64,000 nt of DNA, taken from contig JAQFVV010000003.1 in assembly GCA_028023455.1 (NCBI GenBank), positions 29,140,001-29,204,000 of the forward strand, in the 5' to 3' direction. The notes beneath the pieces are model-generated. The model worked only from the letters and a program-made list of their open reading frames with translations. It was not told the origin of the DNA and made no database searches. Both the position numbers and the translations under genes were made by a program. Shown in pieces: positions 1 to 12,997 of this stretch. The DNA comes from Epiperipatus broadwayi (taxonomy: Eukaryota; Animalia; Onychophora). Position 1 is the first letter of the stretch. Every line of letters begins with the position of its first letter.

Positions 1-504
1 TCAAGAAATTCTATTGAATTTAAATATATTAAACCTCAATTTTTTCATTCTAATTTGAAAAAAATCAAATGTTAACAAACTAACAGATTTTCCAAAATCA
101 ATAAAAATATCAAAAAAAAAAAAGATGACTATTAGATGAGAGATGCATTGGGTGTAGGTGTATTAGATCCAAACTAATCATTGATAAATGTCATAACCCA
201 AAAATTAATCTAGTAATATGAATATAATTGCACTAAAATCTGGTATCTGTAGACTATTCAATCTTATAGTCAATGGTCCTGGAACAGAGCGAAGAAATTT
301 GTTTCTAACAGCATAAGTAATCTTCAAATGGATATTTTTTTATATATTGTTTGTAAATTTAATCTAATCCAGTTAACCATTATTTCTTAAAATTGAGTAA
401 GATTTTAGAAGAAACTTGATTTTTATAAATATAAAGAATAAAAAAGTATATCACTGTAGTGATGAGTTACACTAGTAAAAAGTTATTTATCGAGAAAACC
501 TTAC

Positions 505-595
505 CATTTTCAATTCCTGGAAATGAAGAAAACAATGTTACAGCTGGGGGAAGTTTTAAAATGGTTGTTATTACACATCCGGCTTTTTCTAGCAT
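505..595 (-). CDS. GTF3C1: GTF3C1 near-terminal exon; final exon not identified
   Basis: Acceptor tatttcag, donor gtaagg, 91 nt, phase 0 to 1. MLEKAGCVITTILKLPPAVTLFS continues LELLE as [23 protein letters not shown] does in vertebrates. Confidence 0.85.
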
Positions 596-1962
596 CTGAA
601 ATACATAATTGAAATTATGTATTAATAATAATAAATAATATCTATGTATTAAATCTTCATATTTGTGATGCATTCCTCCAAAACTTGTTGGCCAATCTCT
701 CATGAGAAATCTTGTTCACCAGATGAACTAGAAAACATCTGTACATATGATTAATTGTTAAAATATTCAAGGTCCAAACTCAAATTAGTTGTAATTATTT
801 ATTAATAAAAAAGTCTGCTATTGTTTTTCAATGTGGTTTCAAATCTTTCTAGCTCATCTGATGAATGAAGGTTTCCTGTGAAATGCATTGTAAGGGTAGC
901 TGACAATCTCATAAAACCAACCTATTAATACACACCACCAAAACTAGCCCAGTTAAAACATAAGCTTAACTCATAAGTGGTTAAATATATACACACACAC
1001 AATGAATAGTTACCTCATTAAATATCAAAGTAAATAAATGTCGCAATAAACTAATTTTCCTTACTTAATAAAAAGGGTAGAAGCCCATTCAATGAAAAGG
1101 AATAGAGTTAAACACTTTAAAGAAATTGTTTAAATATATATACTAATAGTAGACTAATGATCAACATATTGTACCTAATGATCAACATATTGTACATAAC
1201 GAATTGAGACAGAGACTAAGTAAGCATAGTGAAGACCCAATGTCAAGCTAATCACTAAGTAACCAAGTGTGAAAAATAAAATTAGAATTCTATTACGTAA
1301 TTCTTTAAATTAATTACTACCACGGTAATTTATGCAACAATAGGCAACTGCAACAATGTCAAAGAAAATGGAAAAGTTAGTACACCAAACACAGGAAACT
1401 AAGCTCAGTATAAAAGCAAACTCAGTTCATTTCTGTTCTTTTTTTTTTAATTAATGCATTAACCATAGAAATCAACAGCGTAAGACCAAATTTTTCGAAT
1501 GTAAAGGAAAATGGATGCCTCATTCGAATATTCTGACTTGCAGATAGATTTTTATTAGCATAAAACAGGGTTCTCGTAGAATAGCTGCTAAATCTCACTC
1601 GATGGCGTAGTTATCACGCTAAAATTATAAAATATGATCATTCACGGGCCTTAATTATAATCATTTTGATGTGTTTTTTGTAATGCAAAAATAAAAACAA
1701 AAAGAAAATCGTCTTTTTTAAATATTACTTAATTTTAAATATTATTTTTTTATTAACGTATACAAATTAAATGATAATAATAAATGTAAAATAAAATAAA
1801 CAAATTACAATTTGATTCGTCTTTTTTAGTTTTCTTTTTATTAGAAAAAATCCATTTTCTATTGGAGATTTTTTTTACCGGGGTTACGGCTTTTTTTTTG
1901 TTGTTGTTTACCGCTAGTTTTTATTTCAAATAGAATGATAACTAAAAGTAAAACTTGTTACG

Positions 1963-2060
1963 TTTAGTTTAGGGTTAGTTTTAGGGTTAGGATTAGGGTT
2001 AGTTTTAGGGTTAGCTTGAGGGTTAGTTTTAGGGTTAGTTTTAGGGTTAGGTTTACGGTT
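1963..2060 (+). repeat. Telomere-like 12-mer tandem array (TTTTAGGGTTAG)x7-8
   Basis: GGG tracts start at 1972, 1984, 1996, 2008, 2020, 2032 and 2044, an exact 12-nt period. Confidence 0.9.
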
Positions 2061-5050
2061 AAAATAAAAAATATCAAAATCGTATTTTTGTAAATATTTT
2101 TTTTTACTAACATCTATAAAATAAATGATAACAATAAACGTAAACTATATTCGACAAAGAATAACAGTAGTCGGAGAAAAAGAAAGAAACTAAAACTTTT
2201 TTAAACAACGACAAATATATATATAATGTTTATAATATAAGCTTTTTATGACATTTAAAAAAACAGTGTACAATTGTACTTTTCTTACTGGATATTTTTG
2301 TGTTAACGCTTTTTTTTTTATTTCGAAAATATACACACGGGTACAATCTTAAAATGTCTCGTGGAATGTTACGAACAGTACGTTACTTGACTCGTTACCT
2401 AATTCAAAATAACTTTATACATATATCTCGTCAACATTTACTACTTAAAACTTCAATACACTACAGTGTAAAAAGTCTTAATTATTATTTTATAAAATCG
2501 GAACATTTCAATACTTTAAAATAAAAAAAATCCAATGAAAACAACATTTCCATCCAATTAAAAAAAACACATCCTCTCCCCAAGCCGTAATCATTTTATA
2601 AACTGTGCGAATTCGGAAAATGTATTTGCTGTGTAAAACATACATGCTGTACTGCGACGCGACATAGCGGCCTGCAATCTGTAGCACAACAAAAAAGTTG
2701 TATTATAGAAAATGCAGATTCGAAGGTGTCGGCCGCGGAAACGGCATTTTTATGTGTTTTAGCGCGAAAACAGTGCCATCCAGTGGGATATATCTGCTCA
2801 TCGACGACAACCTAAAACAATAAATTAAAATCGAGATTTGAATTAAGAGAAGTTTAATAAATTCATAAAGCTTAATAAAATAAGTGGATTGCTTTCAAAT
2901 TGATATCGAAGAAATAATTATTTAAAATGAACAAAAGAGGAATAAAACCTTGTCAGCAATTAAACAGAATGATGAAGTAATTTTTATTGCATATAAACCC
3001 ATAAAAGCCCAAACCACAAATAGAGAAAATTTAATTCTAATATAAATCGCTGTACAATGTATTTTGGTTAAATTAATATTGCCATAGGACTGAGTGTCAT
3101 CATCCCGACTTGAAAACGCAATAACATCGTTTACTTACTCGTGTAATACCTAAAGGAACATCAGTTGTCCTAGGTCAAATGATCACATAGATCAAGAGGA
3201 AGAGCAACTGGAGAGAAATGATGCAATGTTATTGTGATCGCATTACGTAAGGATTCCAACGAGCAATGGATATTTTATCAAGGAGAGTGCTCAAAAAGGA
3301 GATAGACTGCATCCCTAAAGACTTTGTTGCTGAACTCATGAACATTAACTAAGATTTGATTTGGTTATGTATTCTTACCATATATATATGTTTGTAAAAT
3401 TCTTTAATTTTATTCCCACACTTAGAAGCATGAATGTTTATAACTTGGAAGAGTCCATTACAAGTGGAAGCAACAAAAAGAGGGGGGATCATTAAGTTAG
3501 ATAAGTTTTTTTTTTTTTTTTTTTAAATAAAGTTTAGATCGGCTTTCCCTCTGTAGCAACTTGATATTGATCATCATAATATGGGATAAGGTAAGATCTT
3601 TAAGATTATTCCATATTAAGTGCATATACTTGTTACAGGACAGAGTTTGCATTATTTGTTGTTAACTAATCATCATTATGTTTATTTTTTCAGTGTAAAT
3701 GATTAATCTTCTTGTACAAATGCTCTTTTCTGTCAACAGTGGAAAATTATACATAGTTAGGGAGGCCCCCTAAAAGATTAAACACCGTTAATATTAAATT
3801 AGTTAGTTAGCTTCGCAATTGCTTTAATAATAATGAATTTATTTTTTTTTTTTGTCTTAAATTCTACCATCGGGTCAGGGTATGGAATCGCAAATATATT
3901 CAATTATTGATGTGGTAGACATCCATCCTTGACACATATAATTATACCATTTTATCCTGTTAAGTTTTAATTTATTTATTTTTTACTTTGTTTTGCTATT
4001 GAATAAATGTTGTAGAATTTATTCATATCAAACTGGTTTCTAGTTTATTAAAATCACTTTGCATTCACTAATCCACTGGCAATCTAGATGTACATACACA
4101 CACTTCACTCATATATTGACACTAAAATATGCTTAGATGAAAATCTAAACCGATTGTAACCTATATAGTGGTACAGCAATTGTTAACCTATCAAAATTCA
4201 TTCCTGAAGAGAGTAAAAAGGCAGAATTCTCCCTGAGTTTGGATACTGAGGTATAATGGAGTCAGAAAGGGGGGTGAGATGTAGATGAACTGGTCCAAAT
4301 TGTATCTATATTTAATGAATAAATAAAGAGCTAGTTCATTGGAAGTAGATACAATCATAGGTTATGTATTTCATTGCACCATTGACAGCATTCTACCAGA
4401 AGACTCTAGGTTCGACCGCAGTGAGATGCACTCCCCCTCTGGCCTGTTACAGCATATATAATGAAAGATCCATTTAGGAAATTTTACGAGTGATCATTCT
4501 AAGATTTATCTCAAGCATTGGAGAAATATCTTACAAATCTGAAAAATTTGATTGACTAAAAACATTTACGAGATGTATTGATCAATTTATTAATGCATAT
4601 TGTAATAGTCAATTTAGAAAGAAAAATATATGCACACAGGGTTCAATGTTAGATGAATTCTGGTTATTGCCATCAAGGATCTCATAAAACTCGGGAAAAG
4701 ACGGTTAAAGTTTATTGCCAGTTTCATTTTGAAGACATGCTTAAACATTCAAATTGTAATTCTGTACAAATATACTAAAATTCAAAATTTATCTAGATAA
4801 TGGCTCATGATATTCTGATATTGTTTTTTAGTTTCTTTTTCTCCAAGGTTATGACAATGACAAATACCTATTTCAATTTCTAGCTCAAATCAGTTAGCAT
4901 GAGACATTATACTGGATGACTATTTAAATACTTTTATAATGAAATATGTGGGTTGGTATGACAATTAATTAAATCATCAAATATCCAAAATGAGATTAAG
5001 AATAAATTTATTAATAAATTATTAAATACAAAACAAAATTATACTATATA

Positions 5051-6262
5051 CATTTGGGTCTCATTTTATGTGGATTTTTTTAATGCGATTTTGAAGTTAT
5101 GCGAATCATGTTTCTTCTTAATATCTTTTTATGTGGGTTTTCTTTTATGCAATAAAGAAGTTCATATTTCACTATACTTATTAAATATCAAGAAATTTAA
5201 ATTATTAATAACTTATTTTGATTTGAAATACTTTTTTTTTTTTTTTCAAAAATATAACGTTATATTAGTAGCTAACGTGAATATGGCCTGAAGCTGTATT
5301 TAGAATCTTAGCTTCTACTTAAATAATCTACTTATACTTATGAGTAAATAATAATAATAAATTTATACTTACCAGTATAAAAATATCGCAATAAATATTC
5401 AAAATTTTTAAACTTTTAAAATATATTTTGTTAGATATAACAGAAATAAATATTCTTTTAGATTTTTAAAATAAATAACAAATATTTTGTTGATTTTGTA
5501 AACTGAAAATAATCTTTCTAATGATAATGTATAATCTTTTTGTTTTGATTGCAATCTCATTTTTTTAATATAGAAACAAAATGTGAACATTTAAAATTTA
5601 TTTCAGTAGTAAACAAAAATATCTATCAAATGAAGACAAATGTATTATTTTCTGATAAGTAAAAATCATTTAATCATAGATTTTACGTTTATGTGTGAAA
5701 CAAAGAAAAACGTCAGAAAATGCTGAAATCTGAGAGTTTGCTGCAATGAACAACCTCTTAAATTCCAATGAGAGTGAAATAGTTATATGTCTGGATATCG
5801 TGAGCTTTATAAACAATTAGTAAAATCATCATCTCAAAGTTTAATCACTGATTACATTGTCACCAGAAAACCATTAACATAGCACAAGACTGAAAGTGGT
5901 GCTAGTTGTACTTCCTCTTGTGACGAATCTGATTTCTTACCAGTTTACAAATGAACCGCATATTGTCAAATAGCGATAATGATTAAAATATGTATGAAAA
6001 AATGTAAAATTAAATACTGTAGTTAATAAAAAAAACTAAACAAAGTTTGTCTTGTATCAATTTTTTTCAAATATTTGAATTTTTTTATTAATTTCCTTAT
6101 TTTTTTAATGCTAATTTTAAAGTAATTTTTCCTTGTTGCTTTGCTTTTATGCGATTTCTAAAAATTACAGAACCTATCCCCAATTTTTTAAGGTAAGTTA
6201 AGTCTATTTTTGTGCAATTTTTTTTAATGCGGGTTTTTATCGCATAAACCGAGACCCAGGTG
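5051..6262. mobile_element. Non-autonomous Tc1/mariner (pogo/Tigger-like) DNA transposon
   Basis: Imperfect TIRs CATTTGGGTCTCATTTTATGTG and (reverse complement) CACCTGGGTCTCGGTTTATGCG, with TA on both flanks. No intact transposase. Confidence 0.7.
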
Positions 6263-6516
6263 TATATACATACAACTCATATGAAGGCTTAAATCTATAT
6301 ATAAATCTAAAGAATAAACTATACACATACACCAATGTAAAATTTGAAGAAATTTAGGGGTTCAATTATTCCCATTACGACAAGCAATAACAAAATGAAA
6401 TGATCTAAAATTTTGCAACTATTATAAAATTATCTAAATTTATGAGCATTATAACATTCTATTATTTAATTAAATTCAAGTAATTAAATGATTTTTAGTA
6501 GCTAATATTTAAATAA

Positions 6517-6934
6517 GTTCTTACTTATGGATCTGAGACTTGAACACTTAATAGAAGAGCAATACAGAGACTTCATACCATTCAAAGAAGTATGGAGAGG
6601 TGCATGTTGGGAGTAACAAGAAGAGATCGAAAACACAATACATGGGTAAGAGAACAAACAGGTGTTACTGACTTCATTGAAAAAATTAAAAGACTGAAGT
6701 AGAGTTGGGCTGGACATATTGTTAGAAGAGATGATAATAGATAGACAATTGAAATCTTAAACTGGATTCCAAGAGGTTGTAAAAGACCCAGAAAGAGACC
6801 CCATGTGAGATGGATGGATGAAATAAGAAAGTGTGCAGAAGTGATGTGGAGAAGAGAATCTAAAGATCAGAAAAGATGGACTGAACTTGGAGAGACCTTC
6901 ATCCTGCAGTGGATTGATAATGGTTGATGATGAT
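6517..6934 (+). mobile_element. 5'-truncated RTE-clade non-LTR retrotransposon, 3' end
   Basis: Translates as LTYGSET*TL...QRSMERCMLGVTRRDR...WAGHIVRRDDNR...NWIPRG.KRPR.RP.VRWMDEI, followed by a (GAT)n tail. Confidence 0.9.
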
Positions 6935-8167
6935 TTAAATAAGACAGTTGATTAACATTTGCATCTATTTTAAGATAATTATCAGAAAATAGGGATATAA
7001 ATGAACTTATGTCAATGATATTTATAATGTACAATTATAATAAATTGAAGGTTACTATAATAGTTAACATATCTACAAACTCTTCACACTCTTAACAACT
7101 GTTCTCCATAATAATAGCAATTTCATTTTATACAAAAAACTGTTATAAACACTGAAATAGCTTTAGTCTGAGGTATTCTTTACTAGATATGAACATGATG
7201 TAAATATTAAGTTCAGCAACACTTGAATTTTATTCTACTAGAATTGTTTTTTCATTGACATGATCTTAGAATTGCAGTTTAACACATAAAAATTACATTT
7301 TTATTTAAGAATGTCCATATGCAGGATTTTGTTATCTATTATGTATATTTTTTAAAAAAAAAAACAAAACAAATTGATTCTTGAATTGGGCTCATGTGCA
7401 AGATTACTTTATCTGCATTTAAGGATCTCTAACTGGGTACATATGTGGGACTACATACATGGTTTTATAATGTTCCTTGACATTCTTAATAACTTGTTTA
7501 ATCCATCATTCACAAAATGCTTATATGCTGAGCTGGAAATTACATTTTGAAACATTGTATTAATGACTTGGTATTAAAATTTTTCCTTCACTAATGCTCC
7601 CAAAGTATAACCAATAATCACATGTACACATAAGCACATATGTGATATGAATAAATATAATAAAAATTGTTTTGTCATATAATCCAATGATTCATAAGAA
7701 AATTTTAATATTATTCAAAAATCTAAAGTACATTTAACACTTGAATGTGTGTTCTTGATACACATCTTCAAATATATTATGGCCCTTGGTATATATTAAA
7801 ATATTAATAAAACATCAATGTTTGTTGTATTTGGATTTATATTATTTTGTTGCTTTTAGATTCATAAAAATTTTTAAATCAAATTTCAACTATTCAAGTA
7901 TCTTCTGAAATGACAAATCTTGAACACTAATGAATTTATACCTATCATATGATCACATATACATGTATGTTAATGTAATCATTAGGACTCATTTTAATCA
8001 TATGATATCCTTATTAAACAGCATAGAAACTTGACATAATTAATATTTAAATTCTATTTAATTTTGTGCAATTAATTATTTTTGATCATGAAAAAATCTA
8101 CCACAAATGAGCATATAATTAATGATTAAATAATAAAAAAAGGTTTTGGCAATTAAATTTCCATCTA

Positions 8168-9037
8168 ACATCACATGATCACCATTTCTTATGCTTGCTC
8201 TTAACTGTTATTAAAACAGGCAAATCTCTCTATACTTATTGCCACTCAGTGCAAGCCAGAGTAATAAATGGATGCCAGAAGGCTTGTGCATAAAATCCCC
8301 ATCTAGTGCCTACTCATCCAATATCCCCAGATAAGTTTCTGGCTTGTGGCCTTCGTCAGTGAGGAGCTTTGGATCTGAGAGCACTGCACCTAGATCTTAG
8401 GATCTAATGCAACCCTCCAGCAGCCACCTTTTATCTCTACTTAACTACAAAACTATGAGACTTAAATTGAAAACACTATAATATTTTCAATCCAAGCTCA
8501 TTAGCTTATATAGTCATATTGGTCTGAACTCAGTTCAGTACCCATACATTTTGGTGTCTTTTGTTCTTTAATAACCATAGCTACCACTATCCTATTAGGC
8601 AGGCTTGGTTTTAATCCAATAAACATCACATGATCACCATTTCTTATGCTTGCTCTTAACTGTTATTAAAACAGGCAAAACTCTCTATACATATTGATAC
8701 TCAGTGCAAGCCAGAGTAATCAATATATATGACTATATATTTATGCTAACGAGCTTGGATTGAAAATATTATAGTGTTTTTAATTTAAGTCTCATAGTTT
8801 TGTAATTAAGGAGAGATAAAAGATGGCTGCTGGAAGGTTGCCTTAGATCCTAAGATCTAGGTACAGTGTTTTCAGATCCAAGGCTCCTCACTGACGAAGA
8901 CCACAAGCCAGAAAACTAGTCTGGGGATATTTGATGAGTAGACACTAGGTGGAGATTTTATGCACAAGCTTTCTGGCATCCATTGATTACTCTGGCTTGC
9001 ACTGAGTGGCAATATGTATAGAGAGTTTTGCCTGTTT
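8168..9037. mobile_element. Hammerhead-bearing retrozyme/Penelope-derived element, family A, fold-back copy
   Basis: Minus-strand ~1.2-mer (8168-8723, period ~455 nt) followed by a plus-strand partial copy (8728-9037). 14-bp TSD TAAATTTCCATCTA at 8154-8167 and 9038-9051. Confidence 0.8.
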
Positions 9038-10049
9038 TAAATTTCCATCTAGGAAAATCTAAAGGTAGCTAACAGGTGACCATGTACATGAAATAGTGAC
9101 AGCATACAATTTATTTTTTAATTGACAAGTAACTTATAGTCATAAGTAACAATTAAATTGAATATGCATAAAAACAAGTTTCCATACACATTCAATTATA
9201 TTTCCTGATCATTATCTCTCTCCACCTAATAAGTTATTACATCAATGAATAGACAATTAGCTTAGTTCGGATGAAAAATGACAAACAAAATTATTAATGA
9301 TAACTTTAATTAAAGACTGAGAATAATCATGATAATAAAAAGTATTTACATATTTACAAATTAATAGACTTATATGGCAATCACATGTGAGAGGAAACTT
9401 ACAATCTCTTTGAGGTTATTTATAGAGAGTTCAGTTGATTTACTTTAACATCTTTGTGAGCTCACATGTACATTTTGTATCTTTAAACGTGGGAAGTAAC
9501 CATTTATCTTTGAATTTTAATGTTTTCTGGTAATATAAGATTTTAGCTTCCTTTGGTTCCTGCCGAGGCTGTTTTCTTCCGAGCATTTTAAAATAAGTAG
9601 ATTTGCAGGTTAATTTATAGAAATATGTTTCCATGAAATAATAACATTATATGACTAGTTTTACTTCATAGCAATTAACTGTCAAATATTTCTTCAGCAT
9701 TCAATAATGATGTATAGATTGATAGAATCAAGATGAAATTTTAAGGCATATTTTTGTCAACAGCTCTATATTCAGTTACATCACTGGACAGGTCAGGCAA
9801 AACTTCCTGGAAGATTCTTTATTCCATAAAACGTATGATATTAATCAAAAATCTTTATAAAATTTCCTTGATTTCTTGGTAGTAAGAGATATTTACAATT
9901 CTTTTCCTGGTTTTTTGAAAAGCAGATGAGTTTTGAAAGCTTCTGTTGGTTACCATAACAACATTTTTGTTTTAAAAAGAAAAATTTTTAGAATAAAATA
10001 ATAACGCATTTTATCTTTATCCTTATTTTTCTTTTTAATGCTTCCAGTC

Positions 10050-11590
10050 GAGTACCATTTAAATCAAGATTAGTAATATTTCTTCAACTAACCTATTTTA
10101 TTCGGTGATTCTTCCAATCATTCTGCCAACTTGACTTAGTGGCATTTTATTAATCTGCTATGACCCATGTCTATTGTAATACAAAGTCTTTTTATGATTG
10201 TAATAAAGTCTTTTTATGACTCTTTATATTCATAGTTTTCTCAAATCTCTGACCCAGATCTATTTTAACCTCTATATATTCTTGCTCTTTCTCTTCTTAT
10301 CTTATTGCTATTTTTTTCAATCTCTTGCTTTTGTATACCATATAATTTCTTTTCTATACCATATAATAACTTTTTCTATACCATATAATAACTTCTTTTC
10401 TATATTCACTATTCTGCCTTTTATCTCATCATGAAATCTTTTTTTTTTATCCCTACAGCTTCATTTAGAACTTTTAATTGATTCTGCCATATCACTTTTA
10501 TCTGTATTACTTATGCTTCCACTCTGACTACTTTAATACTCTCTTTCTGGCTATCAATAAGTACAACTTCAGTTTTTATCCCTTCTCTCTTCTTACTTAT
10601 AACCAGGTCACCTTTTCCGGTCTTCTATGCTATCCATTTCGGAATCTTTTTTAATAAGCTCATTAACAACTTTTTTTTACTTCCTCTACTTCTTTTATTA
10701 TTTCAGGACCAACAAGTTCTTTTACTGTCACTGCTCTCACACTTTTTAATCATCCTTTTTCACTAACCTCATTAACATCCTCTTTCTCTTCCTTTACCTT
10801 TTGCTCCACTTCTTCAATATCTTTACTTAGTCCCTTCTTGATCCCTTGCTATATTTATTTCTTCTGGGATGAATGGTAATACTGTTTTTATCAGTGGTGC
10901 ATCATAGGTGCCGATTGGCGTAAATCCTATGACTCATTATATGTCCTGTTAATGTAGTTCATCACCATTTGTGCTTGGTTAATCCAAGCCCGATAATTCT
11001 TATTTGCATATAATCAAAATATTTGGTTAAGCTCCTTCATGACTCTTCTGCAAGGATTGGATTGAGGATTTCTGACTGGTCTCATTATATGACAAATTCT
11101 CATTTTATCCATCCATGTTGTCCATTCTTTAGACATAAATGGTGAGCCGTGATATGTCAAGATCGTTTGAGGTTTCCCCACATTTGGAAATTGATGGTTT
11201 AGTAAAACTCTAGTGGTTTCTTGCATCTGCTCATTGTAATGGATATTCAGTAACATATTTAGAAAACAAATCATATGTTATCACCAAATATTTAAATTGT
11301 CGAAAGGCTGGCAATATTCATAATAGTCGATAGCCAATATTTCATTAGGTGCTTGCGGTATAAAGTTGATTGATTCCTTTATAAGACTTATTGGTCAACG
11401 TTGTTTTGTACCATGTCTGACACTTCTACAATACAGAGAGAATATTAGAGTACATATCTAGCGAATGAAAGGAGTCCTTTGATACATGGCCCAGAATCAG
11501 TGGTCTGTAGTGCCTGCACAAACTATATATATCTGTAATTAAGCATACTCACACTTTCTTAGAAATGAGCAATTTCCAGGCATTATTAGG
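10050..11590 (-). mobile_element. Degenerate Ty3/gypsy integrase remnant plus E/K-rich downstream segment
   Basis: ORF 11014-11274 has FPNVGKPQTILTYHGSPFMSKEW...RNPQSNPCRRVMKEL, the rve integrase core with its catalytic positions mutated. Confidence 0.75.
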
Positions 11591-11599
11591 ATAGTTAGT

Positions 11600-12005
11600 T
11601 CTGCACCATTTAACTATTTGGTTAACTATAAAGCTGGGAGCCAAAGATGAAAACACCATAATGTTTCCAACCCTAGCTCTATATAGTCATATAGATCTGA
11701 ACTCAGTTCAGCATCTATATATTTTGGTGTCTTGGGTTTTTCAAAAAACATAGTCACCATTATCCTATGGGCTGGATAATGCTGGAGGGTTGCATTAGAT
11801 GGCTGCTGGAGGTTTGCATTAAATCATAAAATCTAGATGATGTTCTCAAATCCAAGGCTCCTCACTGATGAAAACCACAAGCTAGAAAGTAGTCTAGGGA
11901 TGTTGGATGAACAGATCCTAGATAGGGATTTTATGCACAAACTTTCCTGCATCTATTGATTATGAAGGCTTGCTCTTAGTGGCACTATTGAATGGAGAGT
12001 TTGGT
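11600..12005. mobile_element. Older, diverged family A copy (inverted + direct)
   Basis: Similar to 8168-9037. Degenerate hammerhead CTGATGAAAACCACAAGCTAGAAAGTAGTC at ~11865-11895. Confidence 0.7.
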
Positions 12006-12804
12006 ACTCTTAAAATTAGATTGAGTATTCTATACATACTAAACACATAAGTCATGTATTAAAAAAAATACTGTAAAAATGATATATAATTTTAATAATA
12101 AAAGAGAAAGAAAATCTAAAAATATAAAAAAACAACTAAATCTAATATGAATACTATCACATTGTAATTTATGGTCCAGACATGTTGGTGCCTAAACATT
12201 TTTCTGATGAATATCCGAAGTGTCTCACTGTGTAACACATTTATTAGTCCAGTAATGGCACTATAGCAGCTTAGAAAGAGAACCAGCTTCCAACCAATCA
12301 CATTTTCATTGGAACTTAGTGTGCATATTACATGTGTAAATGTATACATTATTTGCATAAGCAATGAATTCTTGATCCACCATTTATGCATGTATTGCTT
12401 TTCTGCATCCAACATCTGTTTGTTTTGATTCTAAAATCAGCATCATAAAAATGCATGTTACTTTTTAACTTCATTTTTCACATTGTTTTTTTTTTTTCAT
12501 CTATCATTGACAAATCATAGTCCTGGTGCACTATTTTTCGCATGAAATTGCAAATAATGGACAGAAAAAAATTCCATGCAAATGACACTAGATTTTTTTT
12601 TCAGTAACACCATTCTCCATACAGCTCCAAAGTGAATATTCAAAATGGAAAAATGAGCATTAGTTGTGATTTTCTAGAAATGTATGACTGTATGTAGAAA
12701 TGGTAAAAAATATAAAAAATGGAGATTATTATATACTTAAATTCATTAAAAAAAAATATAAATAATAATAACTTATTTTTTTAAAAAAAATCACTCATAA
12801 TTAC

Positions 12805-12997
12805 CTCTAACAACTCTAAAACAGCTACAGGTTGATAAGCTGGATGTAACCAATTGAAAACATTCTTTTGCGTAATACCCGGGAATGTCATAATACGCAT
12901 TAGAATGCTTTCAAGAAGTGTTTTTAAGACATGTTTATTTAGAGTGCCATCGGGTCTCCTCCAAGGCCTTGCTATTAAACTTACTGGTTCAAAAATG
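12805..12997 (-). CDS. GTF3C1: GTF3C1 internal exon, conserved C-terminal domain
   Basis: Acceptor ttcattttctag, donor gtaatt, 193 nt, phase 2 to 0. IARPWRRPDGTLN...ESILMRIMTFPGI...QPVAVLELLE matches GRPWRIVDGHLN...EAVLYHIMTRPGI...QPVAVLELLQ. Confidence 0.92.

Noticed and set aside
120-330. Possible terminal GTF3C1 exon (GPLTIRLNSLQIPDFS...)
   Set aside because: The phase could fit, but similarity to the expected terminal motif is too weak. The last exon may lie outside the window.
1155-1200. Short tandem duplications (also 13388-13447) and (TA)n/(CA)n microsatellites (16388-16420, 61081-61110)
   Set aside because: Ordinary slippage products; spacers are not unique, so these are not CRISPR-like arrays.
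4640-4760. THAP-like trace (VYCQFHFED)
   Set aside because: Too short and frameshifted to support a call.
9440-9634. 64-aa minus-strand ORF
   Set aside because: No recognisable domain or splice-compatible link to the gene.
12116-12415. 99-aa minus-strand ORF next to a GTF3C1 exon
   Set aside because: The conserved continuation (MLEKAGCV...) is at 505-595, and this ORF has no similarity to it.
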